A stretch of 28,148 bases of DNA from Paraspadella gotoi. Its lineage: Eukaryota; Animalia; Chaetognatha. Positions within the stretch are counted from its first letter, which is position 1. Every line of letters starts with the position of its first letter. The notes beneath the pieces were generated by a model. The model was not told the origin of the DNA. It saw nothing but the letters and a program-made list of their open reading frames with translations, and ran no database searches. Of the stretch, positions 11,109 to 24,520 are shown piece after piece. Location: assembly GCA_051294375.1 (NCBI GenBank), contig CM119263.1, positions 28,863,360-28,891,507 of the forward strand. The letters run 5' to 3'. The translations under genes were made by a program, and so were the position numbers.

Positions 11109-12085
11109 AGAGAGTCAATAAAAGGGCTATAAATAAGAAAATTCAAGCTCGATTGAGAAAGAGACGAATCTTCATCTTAGCTTATTGGAGTCGAGTTCAT
11201 CGTAAAGGAAAAGATCTTCAGGGTAAGGGCAAACAAGGCGTGAAGACAAGCGGGTATATGGGATGTGAACTTATGGTACGGGAGGAGCCGAGTTGGTGGG
11301 GGGGCGTTAACTGAAGTTTTTGGGGGATTTGAAAGGAGCGAATTTTTGATTGATTTAGATTTTGGGAGAGTATTGGACCGGAATATTGACTGGAATACTG
11401 ATTGGGTATTGAATAGAGTACTGACTGAAGTATTGAATGGAGTTATTTGAGCTGGAATATTTAATGAAGTTGGGACAAGAGAGAGTGAGATTAGAATGGA
11501 GCATTTCCAATTGTCAATGAAAAGAGAAATTAGCGGAGTGAGACAGAGCGGGGCAATCCTGAGAAGCATCATGGTTGTCGGTAACAGAGACACAAGACCA
11601 TCCAATGCCATGCCGGCAAACGCCTGCTGCCGGGTGACACCGTCCCACTCCCCTTTTAAATCCTTTTCAAGAGTCGATACAAATCCGCTTGGAGTCAATC
11701 TGGTCGTCGTCGTCGAACGAAACTGGAACCACCATCGCCATCCCGCGTTTATCTGGTTCTACTAGCGAAAGAGCAGAGATAGAGAGAGAGAGAGAGAGAG
11801 AATCGAGAAGAGTAGAGCAGAGGAGAGAGAGAGAGAGAGAAGGAGAGAGAGCTAGAGTAAGATCTGTGGAGTGTACGATCGTAGAGAGATGAACTATTCC
11901 AAAGATCCCTACATCTTTTTCTGTTTGGGGGAGTGGCCATAATTTGTCGGGCATCAGACACACGAGATTTGGAGTCCGTCGAAAAGTCACTGGGGAAGGA
12001 AGTTATGAGTGGGGGAGAGAAGAGGGAGAGAGGGAGAAGAGAGAGTCAGTGACAGGTGGCGAGAGACGTGGTAGTATAGGCAAGG
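10927..12085 (+). repeat. Second duplicated segment, copy 1; matches 21341-22410
   Basis: Shared colinear anchors: tggttcga, tactgtggaataaatcaacac, gagtcgagttcatcgtaa, aaagagaattagcggagtgagacagagcg, ccccttttaaatc, ggagtccgtcga, agtgacaggtgg. Confidence 0.9.
11368..11462 (+). repeat. Degenerate ~12-bp tandem repeat (GACTGGAATATT), about 8 copies
   Basis: Direct inspection; fewer units in the copy near 21880-21935. Confidence 0.7.
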
Positions 12086-12092
12086 TAGACAA

Positions 12093-12192
12093 NNNNNNNN
12101 NNNNNNNNNNNNNNNNNNNNNNNNNNNNNNNNNNNNNNNNNNNNNNNNNNNNNNNNNNNNNNNNNNNNNNNNNNNNNNNNNNNNNNNNNNNN
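12093..12192. other. Assembly gap (100 N, size probably arbitrary)
   Basis: Run of exactly 100 N. Confidence 0.99.
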
Positions 12193-12712
12193 TCAGAAAA
12201 CTCAAAAGTAAAGAGAAGCGAATGCAGGGCAAAGAGTGGAGAAGGAAAAATGCATATTATAAAAAAGAATTAAATTAAAAATCTAAATCCGAGTTAATAA
12301 AAAATGTCGCATAATTGTCATCGAAAATTAAAATCGTTTTCCGTCACGATTTCATTTTAACGGAAAATTATTTTCATTTTTCTCATGTTTTTTTCTGTGT
12401 CTTTATTTTCGTCTTCATCTTCTCAGCCTTTTGTTTTTATTTTTATTTTCGTTGTTAAATTTTGTCATAAAAATAAGCAAAGCTTTGTCCACCCCCCTCG
12501 CCTCCCCCCCCTTTGTGCGTCCCCCCTTAGGTTCGTTCCGACTTATTTTCATTCTCCTTTATCTTTTTTATCCTTTTATTTAAAAAAAGAGAGATATTTA
12601 TGAAAACATGAAGGAAATCTGGGCGTAGTCCTCCTACGAACGCTTCTCCCTTCATTCCTCTATGAAGGCTATGGAACATCCAAGGTGAAAATGGACTGCC
12701 TAAAATTAACAG

Positions 12713-15145
12713 GGGAAACCTTACGGCGGCCGGGATTTTTTATGGCAGAAAAATATTTGTCTTCCAATAAACCAAGGTATTGAATACAATCACAATCGTG
12801 TTTTTCCTGTAAATTTGAAATCCTTTATAAAGTTCATGCCATAAAATAATGTAATAGAAACGCTTATATGCTTACAATCAATATAGAACTAAAGGAAAAG
12901 GAAATATAGAGATACGTTTTAGGTTACATTCTGGATCTTTTATATTTGGAAAACTTAAACTCAATGTTTTTTTGATTTTTGTTGAATATGAAATTTGGTA
13001 ATTATTTGATATTTCTCATCCTTTAAACTAAGACTTTTACGCATTTCAGTTTAGTACGTGGAATTTAAATTACCTGTTTTTGATCTTTTGATGACTTTGA
13101 ACCAAAAATTATTGAGCAGAAGTGACAATGTCAATCTAGAAGTCTTATTGACTGTTATATTTTGAAGTTAGCCCCTTGACTAATAGAATTAGTGGTAGAG
13201 ATAATTTTTATTGACGGAGATATGTTTCCGATCACTTGTCCCGTACATTATACTTGAATGTAGAATTTTATACCAGTTACTGTTTTTAAACCAAACACAT
13301 AGTCCCAATCCTATATTAAATTGGTCAGTTAAGATGAAAATATTTCTGCCCTAATCAGAATCAACTGAAAGTTGGGAACTCCGAAAAAATGTATGTTCCC
13401 TTTTAGTAATATAGTTCAATGGTGAGAAGATATGTACTGTAATGAACATATTTTTGTGACCTTAAAAGATATTTGAAGACATAATCTCTATTCAAATTGG
13501 CAGATTTGTGTTTTTACACGGTAGTAATCCGAATATTCAAAAAGACTATTGGATGAGAATTAACGAGGTTTTAAGAGTTATCTAATCGACTCATTTCCAA
13601 ATTATGAGGCCAATCCGGTAAACCTTCTTTTTCTGGACCTATACATAAGCCAAAGTTAAGGCTCATTATTCCCATATAAAAATTGTTGTCGAAAATTTCA
13701 AAAACTTTTCAATTATGATCCTTCAAATAGATTAACCCAATTATGGTGTGAGAAAAAAATGATCATAGATTTTGGAAAACGTGGAAAAATATACAAGAGA
13801 ACTCTGATGTTAATATCATGATTCAATTACTGACATCTAAAAATTGTTGATATTTTGCGTCACAACTCTTTTTAAAAAAAGTTATTTATGAATGAATTTT
13901 TGATCCATTATTAATGAATTAAAAGATTCCATTAAGAAGAGGTATTAACTTATGAAATCCAAACATGTATGATTCCTATTAACGGTTACTATTTGTCTTG
14001 AATGATATTTTAGAACGCACAATCCTAAAAATAAAGGCTGGAAAAAGTACTGGCAGAATTTTGGTTAAGACGGAGCATATTTAATTTATGCACCTTAACA
14101 ATTTGTTTGTACATCTTCCAATTTTTAATTTAATGGTCCCTTTATACAGACGGTTATGTTGGTAATGATTTTGTCTGGAGTTATGTTCCTATAGTAAAAA
14201 GACTTAGTGGTGAAATTTACCGTGCCAAAAATTTATAGGGAATACTTAAGTCTTTTTTAGTCAAGTTGGAACAATGTCTACTTTATGAAAAATCGGACCA
14301 CTATTTTGAGTCTGATGAACCTTCAGTTTTGGTTACAAAAAAATCAAATGTTCTACTTCTCATGCTGTTTTTTGTCCATGAAAGACGTGTGTTCAAATCA
14401 TTTTTTTGACAAAAATGGTTCTGGGGTGTTTGCTAACATTCCATGGATTGCTCCAAAGCGATTTGACAAAGGTAACATTAATGGTTTTATTTTTAAACTC
14501 ATAAAAGAGAAAATTCCACTTGATGTTTTAAACGACTTATTACTTTACTGGTATTATCTCCGCCAGTAGTGTAGATTTGGTTCCTGACATCCCTTTTTCA
14601 TATGTATTTCTCTATTGTTCTGGGGTTCGTGGTGGTATTTCAGTCCCTATTTCTGTGGGGAGTTTTATGTTGATGACTTGATAATTTCCAATTACGAAAA
14701 CTGGTTTTTGGTTGCCAATCGATTCAATTTATTTTGCTTGCTAGCATTTTTTTAACGATGACAATAGCTTTGGTTATCTCCAAGCAATTTCTGGGTATGA
14801 AAAATGATTGAATTATGTCCTAACTATAGTAGTAGCAAATGCCTTTTAGTTTAAATTTTAAGAAAACAAAACATGTATTTGGCAAAACAAAAGTATTGTA
14901 TCAACAAAGAATTCTTACTAATAAAAGGAAAAATATCATTGAATTTCGTAGAACCCGACTGGGAAATATTTCGGTTTTAAATCTTAGTAATGAAAAAGCA
15001 TTTTGTCTTTTTGAACCCATTTATCTGAGTTTATCCCTTTTACCCGCTTCTGCATTGTCTCCTTAATTCCTTTATATAAAACCCTCAGAAGAGTTTTTAA
15101 TGCGTTTGTAACTACACCATTGTGTCACAAACTTTACGTACGGAA
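12713..15145 (+). pseudogene. Frameshifted LINE ORF2/pol (endonuclease-reverse transcriptase) remnant
   Basis: Motifs as listed for the LINE. Track ORF 14285-14569 retains the RT fragments NGSGVFA and FKLIKEKIP..LLLYWY. The breaks may be consensus errors rather than decay. Ends approximate. Confidence 0.8.
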
Positions 15146-15518
15146 AGTGGAAGTGAAAAGAGTAGTCTTGCCAGATAATGACCAAAGTAATTAGCCCAAT
15201 AATGATGGTATTAGAAAATTTTGGTTGGAATAGAGGGAAAGAGGTACGATCAATTTAAGGTCTCATTTTGGAATATAGTTGGATATCTATATAATTTTTG
15301 CCTTGAGATCAAAAAAACTTTTGAAATCCAACTTTTTTTCCTCCCTAACAATATTTAAAAATCTTGGTCCAGCCCTTATTGTATTTTTTTTTCTTTTTTT
15401 TTTCGTTTGTTTTAATTATATTTATATTTTGTTGAAATTGTAAACTGTCATTTATTGCCGTTTATTGTAAATTGCTGTATGCCCGCTTTGAAGTGCTGTT
15501 TAACTAATTGTCTGTACG

Positions 15519-15524
15519 AATAAA
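15519..15524 (+). terminator. AATAAA poly(A)-signal-like motif at the LINE 3' end
   Basis: AATAAA lies 10 bp before the right junction and is followed by acacatatat. Confidence 0.55.
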
Positions 15525-16225
15525 ACACATATATAACCGAGCCTCATTTTATCAAAGAGAGAGAGAGAGAAGAGAGAAAGAGAGAGAGAGGAGAAGGAGA
15601 GAAGAGAGAGAGAGAGAAGGAGAGAGAGAGAGAGAGATATGATTTAAAAAGTTTGTGTCAAGAAAAATAATATTTCACAACGAAAAGAACGCGCAGAGAC
15701 AGGCGGATCGGAATAGAAACGGACAGACGGACAGAAAGACCTTCAGAACGTCAGGGCCGGTAATTACAAAATATTGAATTGCTCAATTTTAAACTTCTCA
15801 AATTACAAGACAACAACTTCAAATGTTGTAAATATAAGAATTAATGTCTCGTCGTTTTGGTAGAGTATGTACAATTCCGGCCAAGGAGACACGCTCAATT
15901 TCCGGCGCGAAGAAAACAATTTCGGCGCCGAGAGAAATTCCGGTCCCTAGCGCCATCTCGGCGCCGTAATAAAAATCATCTCGCGCGTCGTAAGTGGAAA
16001 ATCTATAATACATTCCTAAATTGTAATGAAACTAAAAATAAAATTTATTTATTTCAAAACTCGCTTTGAATTTTAGCAAAAAAAATTTTAATAATATTTT
16101 TTATTTCATCCAACTTTTCTAAATTTCCAAAAACAAAATCGCGCGAAATTAAATCAATAATCAATATTTTCTTTCGCCAGGATTTTCGCTTCGCTACGAA
16201 TTTTTTTCATCGCGATTCAGAAAGG

Positions 16226-16345
<120 letters not shown>

Positions 16346-16611
16346 AATAGAGATCAAAACTAAATTCAAACATAAAAATTCATTCCTCTCCCCAAAAAAA
16401 TGCCCATAAAAGCCAAAGTAAACATTTGATTCCAAACATTTTCTTTTTCCTTCATTCATATTATTCATATTTTCTGAATTTTAATGTTCAAAAACTCCAA
16501 AACGAATAAAAAACTTTATTTTCCTCGTCTTTCGTTCGCTCACGACCACCCCCCCGCCCGCCTCAAAGTCACGTGATCGCGACGGTTTTGTTTTTAATCA
16601 TCTCTCTCTCT

Positions 16612-16643
<32 letters not shown>

Positions 16644-17272
16644 TCTCCTCTCTCTCTCTCTCCTCTCCTCTCTCTCTCTCTCTCTCTTCTCTCTTTTCTC
16701 CTTTCTTTCCTCCGTGTGTGGCCATCAAAACCAATTTTTAAAACAAAATATATTTTTAAACTAAAGATTAAAAAGTAAGGGTAAATCATTAAAAGGGGAA
16801 GGGCGATATTAAGGGGAGAGCCAGATCTCATAAAATTTTGAGGCTGACAAAAAACAATCTTTTGATTTGTAACAAAGAGAAGAAAAGAAGGTTGAAATAA
16901 AAAGAAGAAAGAAAGAAAGAAAAAGAAGAAAGAAAGAAAGAAAGAAGAAAAGAAAGAAAGAAAGAAGAAAGAAAGAAGAAAAGAAAGAAAAAAGAAAAAA
17001 AGAAAGATAGATTCTGGCGGCAAAACAACCGAAGGCCCGTTAAGCAGATGGCGCGGAAAGACATGACTATAACGACGTAGAAGAAACGGACGTTAACCGT
17101 CATAAGTTTGAATGTGAGTTTACCAAAATATTTACAAAAACAAGAGCGTTAGATTAACAACCGATAATAACCGACGCGAGGATAAACAAACGATGATAGA
17201 GACATAAACAAACGACGACGACGACGATTACAACGACAACAACAACGACGACGACAACTCTCTCCTACTCAC

Positions 17273-17418
17273 GTATTTCGTTGAAGTAGAAAGGAAATTC
17301 CCCCGGGACGGAGCAGTTGAGTCTGGCCTTGAGGAGGAAGGGGTCCACACGGCGCGGAGGACGCGGTGTTCCACCGTTGTCGGATTTGGCAGACTCGGGC
17401 GACGCGGGAGTAGACCGC
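17273..17418 (-). CDS. Second (probably allelic) copy of the semaphorin exon, with apparent frameshifts
   Basis: Same AG and GTGAGT splice sites. 146 bp versus 142 bp from three small insertions in or next to G/T runs, plus a synonymous GGA>GGG (Gly) change. Confidence 0.75.
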
Positions 17419-20400
17419 CTGGGAGGAGGAGGAGGGAGAGGGGAGGAGGAGGAGGAGGAGGGGAAAAAGGTGGGTCAGGATATGAGAAACCTTTTTTTTT
17501 TTTTTTTTTTTTTAAGTTGAATATAAAAAAAGGTTTATTTACTTTTAATTTCATTAGAGTTAAGGGAAAATTAATCCGTTCAGGTGGTTTTCCTTATATT
17601 TATTTAATATATATATATAAAAAACATATTCTACACATTTCTAATCTAGTTTCTCTTCTAATTCGCAAAAAAAAAAAATCCCATGCCTTGGTAATAGGCC
17701 ACGTTTAAACATTTTTTGACTAAATGCTGGTTTTTTTTTTTTTTAAATTGGAACATCGAATTTCCCGCTTAAAAGAAAATAAATTACGAAGTGAGAGACA
17801 GAACGCACACACATACACAAAAAAAAATGGAAATCCCTTTTCAATAGGGAAGGTAGAAGGGTATAAATCATTTTTTAAAATTATTTTATTGTTTTAATAA
17901 CCATAAATCATAATAAATGAATCCGGTTCGTCGTCTCTCCCTTTCGGTGCTTTTATATCATGAATCGGTCGACAGCCCCTTTTGTTTTCGCCGCGGGAGA
18001 TCCCTCTATCGGCGCCTGTGATAAACGCGATTCGGAATAGAAAAGGAGAAAAAGAAAAAAAAGGCGAAAGTCGAAATATCGTTGTGCATCCAAAGTCTGA
18101 TGTCGGTATTTATGTCTTAAAATTTCGTTTTGGCAAATGACTTTCTTAACTTATACTTAGAGGGATAAATAACGAAAGATTGTGTCCCGAATTATGTATA
18201 TATATTTGGAGGCGCTGTTGTTTTTAAAAACCGAAGTTCCATTCTAAGTTTGAAATGCTGGAACAGATCTGAAAGGATTCGTTCTTAATCCTGGAATTTT
18301 TACTCAACTAATAAAGCTAAACCTTCAAAGAAAGCCGAGTATTATAAATAAATAAACGATTTCTTAAAAAAAAAAACCAAACCCCAGTTTTACTTAAAAA
18401 ACAAAGTTTTTAATGAGAAAACCCTGTATCTTTCTTCTCTCTTTTCTTTCCAATTAAAGTATCGGGTGACACCAAAAAAAATCTCCCCCCTTTTTTTTTC
18501 TATTGAAGCACCGAGTTAAAAAAATCGACTGGAACAGCGATTTTAAAAAAAAACAGAAAAAGAAACAAAAAAAAACAGAAAAAGAAAACAAATAAAAAGT
18601 CTGAGGATTTTTCTTTTTTTCTTTTTACAAACTTCGAATCCCAAGAATCAATGTTTAGCGAACGTGAGAGAACGAGACGAGAGAGAGCGAGACGATAAGA
18701 GAAAGGTGAGAGAGGGAGTTGAGGCGCGGAGCGGGCGGGGGTTGGGTCAGAGGGAATGGAGCGGGTGGGTGGGGGGAGATTTAGGGGGATGGAGCGGACA
18801 GGTGGGTTCGATGAAGTGGTGATGGGTTGGGCAATCGTGTGGCCCGATGGAGACAAGACGTTCGGCGCCGAGGAGACGAGCGTCGAAAAGGTAAGGCGTT
18901 CGTGGGTGGGGTTCGACGCGGAGGGAGGGCGAGTAGTCCTCGCCGCGGGTGGTGGAGCCAGGGTAAGTTCGAGAAAGATAAGGCGATGGAAGTAAAACGA
19001 GAAAGATTAGAATCCAAAGGTAAAAAGGGACAAGAAAAATCTCTAGAGGACGAAGGGCAAAGTTGCAAAGATATGAACCAAAAAGTTGAGAGATGGAGTA
19101 AAAAGCTGAACCAAAGTAGGAGAAACTATAAAAGCTGAAGCAAAAAGTTTAAGATCTGCAGCAAGAAATTAAGAGCTGGAGCTAAAAGTTAAGAACTGAA
19201 GTCAAAAAACAAGAACTGGTGCGAGCAAAGCAAAGGGAAAAGTCAAAAGATAACCTGATGGTTGAGATGGATGGAGCAAAGGATTTCAATCTCCAACCGC
19301 CAAAATGTGGGGTGGAATTGGGGGGCGGGGTGGGGGGTGTGAGGGGAGGAGGGCGACAGTTCGCCGTTGATAAATGACGAAAGCGAAAAAGTCGATCGAC
19401 GCATCGACAGGTGGCGCGGCGGCGGAGTTAACCCCCCCCCATCCTACCGGCCGATTACCTCAAACATTAAACGGACTTATGCCTCCAAAAACATCTCAGT
19501 TCGACATCATTTTAACCCGACTCCTTCACTTTTGAACCGAGGTCCCCCAGTTGTGAGCCATTTCTCCCCAGTATTCTCGAACCTCACTTTAGCCCCACTA
19601 CTCCCTTCTTAACCCTACTTCCCTTCCCATCTCTAGCCCTACTCTCCCCCCCCTGGGTACAGAAATTAGGATGGATGCGAAGCGGCGCTGATACGGATGA
19701 CGCTGCTCCGTCCAGAGATGGAGAGGGAGAAAATGAGAGAAGGACGGAGAGAGAAGTTGCTGGAAGAAAGGTAAGAAAGGTCGGGAGAGAGGTAAAAAGT
19801 CGGGGAAAATGAGAGGTAAAGAAAAGTCACTGGAAGAGAAGAAAAAAGAGATCTATGGCGAAGTGAAAAAAGTTTCAATGAGGAGAAAGACAGGGAGAGA
19901 AATGAGAAAGAATAAACAGTAATTTGATAGTCACAATTCAAGAACTTGCTCTCGCTCTCGCTCTAGCTCTCTCTCTCTCTCTCGTTTTCTCGAAAGAAAA
20001 AATCGATGATTTGAATATGAATCAAAACAACAAAAGAAAAAAAAAATGAAAATAATAAAAACGAATAAGAAAAGAGGAAGAGGAAGAGAAAAAGCATCAG
20101 GAAAGGGAAGAGGAAGAGGAAGAGGAAGGAATATAAAACAAAACAACGAAATAGAAAAAAAATAAGAAGATAAAAAAAGCGAAATAAAAAATAATAAATA
20201 GAAAAAAATTATTCAAAAGCATAACTGAAAAGGAATATCGGTGTGACGTACGACCTATAACAAAAGAAGCGAGAGAAAAAGAAAATGTATTAAGCGAATA
20301 TTTAAAATTTTAGTCACGAAATATCTTTTTTTTATTTTAGACGAAATAATTATATGTTTATAAAGACCAAAGTTAGACGTAGTTTTTCTTATGCGTCGTC

Positions 20401-20463
20401 AAACTGGGATTGAACATTGATAACAAGATTATCTGAGTAATCCGGTAACTTTTTTTAGAATCT

Positions 20464-20563
20464 NNNNNNNNNNNNNNNNNNNNNNNNNNNNNNNNNNNNN
20501 NNNNNNNNNNNNNNNNNNNNNNNNNNNNNNNNNNNNNNNNNNNNNNNNNNNNNNNNNNNNNNN
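20464..20563. other. Assembly gap (100 N)
   Basis: Run of exactly 100 N. Confidence 0.99.
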
Positions 20564-21340
20564 AAGATATATAGGGATATGCTTGATGGACACGATACTT
20601 ATATTGCATTTATATTATCTAATATAGTAAATGTATGCGGTGTAATGTTTGTATATAAAATCTATAATTTAATCTTTTTAAAAGTGCGCTATAGCAAAGT
20701 TAAAATCATAAAATCGATCAAAGAAAAGATATCCCGATAAAGAGTAATTTTATTCTGAAAGAATATCGAATTTTTTTTAAATTATGTTTTTGTGCAAGAA
20801 AAAATAAAGGCAATTGTTTATAGATTTCTCATAGAAAGGTCGCGGGACGAGATATGCGGATGGTAGATCTTAACGTTCTTAATAACCTGAAGCTGAAGTG
20901 ATAAGTGATGTTTATTAGTTAGGTAAATTAAACTCTTGGTTGATCTGATAATCTGCTGAAAATTCTTAATGAGGTTGATTTTACTATTGATTTTCTCTTA
21001 TATTCATACATAGTGACATATTTATGAAACTACTTTTCTTTTTATGTTGTTAACAAGCTTTTCTAGACAACGTGCTGATACCATAACAAAAGTCAAATAA
21101 TTTTTCTCTTCCACCCACGGGGTGAAGAAAAACCTCTCAAAGACTCACCCGAAATAAGAGATATTGCTTATAACTTGAGAAAGAATAATTTTTGGAAAAC
21201 TGTAATTCTTACTTAAGACTTCGTAAGTCAATTACTCATGTAGCGAAAGACTTGAAATAGGCTATTTATGTCCGCGTATGTTCAATGTGGCTTTTACTTA
21301 CCGGTTTAAACTTCTTTTTTTTGGACACTGATGCTTATCT

Positions 21341-22410
21341 TGGTTCGATTCGAACGCCGAATAGCTTTTTTCTCATTAGATATGGCTTTTCCGAATGTCG
21401 GCCGAATGAAATACAGACTCATAGTGTGCAGCTCTATACTGTGGAATAAATCAACACCACGTTTGAGTGAGAAGAAGAGAGACAGAGGAGACTAAGAGGA
21501 GATGAGAGAGAGTGAGCAGAGAGAAGGCAGAAGAAGAGAGAGAGAGAGAGAGCAGAGAGAGGAGAGAGAGAGAGAGACGAGAGAGAGGAGGAGAGAGAAG
21601 AGAGAGTCATATTGAGGCAGCTATAAATGAAGATAAATGTATGCTCGATTGCAGAAAGAGACGATCCTTAGCTCTCTAGCTTGAGTCGAGTTCATCGTAA
21701 GGAAAAAGATTCTTTCAGGTAAGCGGCAAAACAACGGGGAGAGACATAGTCGGGTAATGGTGCTTGATGTGAATTATTAATGGTAGGACGGAGGACCGAG
21801 TTGGTGGGGGAGGCGTTAAATGAAGTTTTTGGGGGATTTGAAGGAGTGCGACATTTGATATGATTTAGATTTTGGAGATGTATGACTGGGGTATTGAAAG
21901 AGATACTGACTGAAGTATTGATGGAGTATTGACTGTGAATTTTAAATGAAGTTTGGGACACATGAGAGAGTGAGATTAGAATGGACATATACAATGTTCT
22001 ATCTGGAAAAAGAGAATTAGCGGAGTGAGACAGAGCGCATACGCCTGCTCCGGTGTCACGCCGCCCCACCCCCTTTTAAATCTTTTCAAAGATCGGAACA
22101 TCCGCGGGTCAATCTGGTGTCGTCGTCGTCGTTCGTCGTCGTCGTCGTCGTCGTAACGAACTTGGTAACCACAATCCGCTCGCGTTATGGTTCCTAGCGA
22201 AAGAGCAGTAGAGAGAGAGAGAGAGAGAGCAAAACGAGAGAGAGAAGAGAGAGAGAGAGAGAGATGAGAGAGATGAGAGATTTTTGCGGCTATTAAGACA
22301 ATACGAGATTGGAGTCCGTCGAGTCCAATGGGGAGGAATTATAGGGGGGAGAGAGGGACGAGTAGGAGAAGCAAGAGAGTGACAGGTGGAGCGAGACAGA
22401 GGAGTAGCAA
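21341..22410 (+). repeat. Second duplicated segment, copy 2; matches 10927-12085
   Basis: Same colinear anchors as copy 1. Confidence 0.9.
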
Positions 22411-22523
22411 GAGACACACAGTTAGAGAGACGAGTACGAATAGGGCATAGGGCGGAGACTGAAGAGGGAAAAAGGGCAGAAGAGGGATACCAGGAGAGGG
22501 GGAGAGAGTGGAGGAGGACGGGC

Positions 22524-22526
<3 letters not shown>

Positions 22527-22602
<76 letters not shown>
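22527..22602 (+). repeat. (GA)n microsatellite
   Basis: Direct inspection. Confidence 0.95.
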
Positions 22603-22608
<6 letters not shown>

Positions 22609-22968
22609 GAAAAGAGAGAGAGAAGGAAAGGGCGAAAGAGATTTGGTCACACATAGGGGAGAATGCGGAAAAGAAGTAGACCGTAAGGTGCAAACGACAA
22701 AGAGAAAAAAAAGTCACGAAGAGATAATTAATTCCCGATCGTGCGAATCTTTTCCTCCCCTGATCGGCTTCGCCGCACCTCGAAATCGCCGAAAGGAATA
22801 GAAACCGGAAATGGGAGAACGGGCAGAATGGCAACGCCCACACCGCGAAATGGAAAGACCTGGAATATTGGCCGAGAAAATGGCCCGAGAAACGCCGGAT
22901 CATCCGAAACGTCGCTCCGCTAGTTTATTTTTAGACCAGAAGACGAACGTCGGGAGAGAGAGAGGTAG

Positions 22969-22971
<3 letters not shown>

Positions 22972-23029
<58 letters not shown>
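22972..23029 (+). repeat. (GA)n microsatellite
   Basis: Direct inspection. Confidence 0.95.
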
Positions 23030-23032
<3 letters not shown>

Positions 23033-23814
23033 GACGAAGATAAGGCCAAGAGTGATTGGAGGAAAGAAAGGATTCAGGGTGAAGAGAAGGATCAAACCCC
23101 ACAAATCGACGGACCGACCGAAGCGACCTAAACACATTTCGCATCTCAACCACGCCCTATGGCTCGATCATGACCATCAAAATCAACATTTCATCTCCAC
23201 GCTCCATACGCCATTAAACCTGACCCATAGCACTGCCACACCAGCGGCGCCTGACTGCCCACGCCCGAGACAAACGACAACAACAACGCGCCGGTCTAAA
23301 GATGGAACCGGAAATGAGATTCTTCCTCTTTTCTTGTTGTTGTCGTTGTTGTTGTTATTGTTATCCAAGCCGTATACTTTTCGCTCTGTTGACTCAGAAT
23401 TCCTGAGGTAAAACATTAGATGCTGAATGAAAGATAAAGTATAATCAAATCATATTTTCTCTTTTTCATTTGATATACCCTTCGCCATAAAATAAAAGAT
23501 ATGCAGGATTTATAACCCGTCCAAAGTCAAGGAGTAAGATGACTTATTCATTGCATTAATGGATAATTTCATAATGTGTGTACCAATTGAATAAAACCTT
23601 CCACCATTCCGAATTTCGATCTCGAGTTAATCTCAATCAATTACGAAAAGAAAAGAAAAGAAAAGAAAAGGCGTATGGATTGATTTCTCGTTTCATTGCA
23701 TTTGTTTCACTGAATCACTGTTTCCGGGTTCAGACGAAGTGTATCGATTCAAAAATAGAAATAGAATCTTGATCGCGAGAGAAGAGGCACGAAACTCGTC
23801 ATTGGTTCGTGACA

Positions 23815-23821
23815 TTCTCTC

Positions 23822-23899
<78 letters not shown>

Positions 23900-23930
23900 T
23901 TCTCTCTCTCTCTATCTCTCTCTCCCTCTT
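23815..23930 (+). repeat. (CT)n microsatellite
   Basis: Direct inspection. Confidence 0.95.
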
Positions 23931-24227
23931 CTCCCCCGAATATAATTTGAATAAAGGAAGAATAAAACGAATCAGAGGTGAAAAAAAACCCGATAAAATA
24001 CGGACGTTGATTCGATTGAAAAGCGTCGAAAGCAGCGGCGCGGCGGCTGTGGCGGAGGCGGCGGCAGCTGAGGCGGAGTCGGCGGCCGTCATAACTTTAT
24101 TACATTTAATCTAATAATAATAAAAAAAGAATGAGAAAAAAACCGCGGCGAATTGAATGACGTCACGTCATCCGTCAAGGAAAAAATGACGTCGGATCGA
24201 AAATGGATGAAGGTGAATGGAGTCATG

Positions 24228-24520
24228 TGGAGGAAAAAGAAAGAAGATAAAAGTAGGAAAAAGGAAAGAAATTAAATGGAGGAAAAAGGAAAGAAATGAA
24301 AGAGGAAAAAGGAAGAAATGAAATGGAGGAAAAGGAAAGAAATTAAATGGAGGAAAAAGAAAAGAAGTTAAAAGAGGAAAAGGAAAGAATTAAAAGGAGA
24401 AAAAGAAAAGAAATTAGATGGAGAAAGAAAGATAAAAGGAAAAAGGGAAAAAATTAATGGAGGAAAAAGAAAGTAGTAAATGTGGAAAAGAAAAATTAAA
24501 TGGAAAAAGAAAAAGAATGA
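24228..24520 (+). repeat. Purine-rich minisatellite, ~23-25-bp unit AAATGGAGGAAAAAGGAAAGAAATT
   Basis: About 10-12 degenerate units. Confidence 0.8.

Larger units (their letters stand above)
12657..15534 (+). mobile_element. 5'-truncated non-LTR retrotransposon (LINE; APE endonuclease plus reverse transcriptase, RTE-X-like)
   Basis: Inserted at tcatt^aacc relative to the empty site at 1581-1590. Motifs occur in the correct order across frameshifts: APE GKPYGG (12713-12730) and SDHL (13227-13238); linker GKPS..SGPI (13617-13643); RT KAGKSTG (~14034-14054), LQFGYK (14321-14340), MDCSKAFDK (14443-14470), SGVRxGGI..P..YVDDL (14619-14680), catalytic DD (14757-14762) and KYxG (~14964-14975). AATAAA near the 3' end. 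Clade assignment is from recalled motif style only. Confidence 0.9.

Noticed and set aside
17273-17418. Calling the second semaphorin exon a true pseudogene or paralog
   Set aside because: The indels match the homopolymer-type noise seen throughout the contig, so an allelic copy with consensus errors is more parsimonious.
19980-20010. Minus-strand FFFRE resembling the upstream Sema motif
   Set aside because: Not conserved in copy 1 (near 6100), has no splice sites and runs directly into a (GA)n tract.
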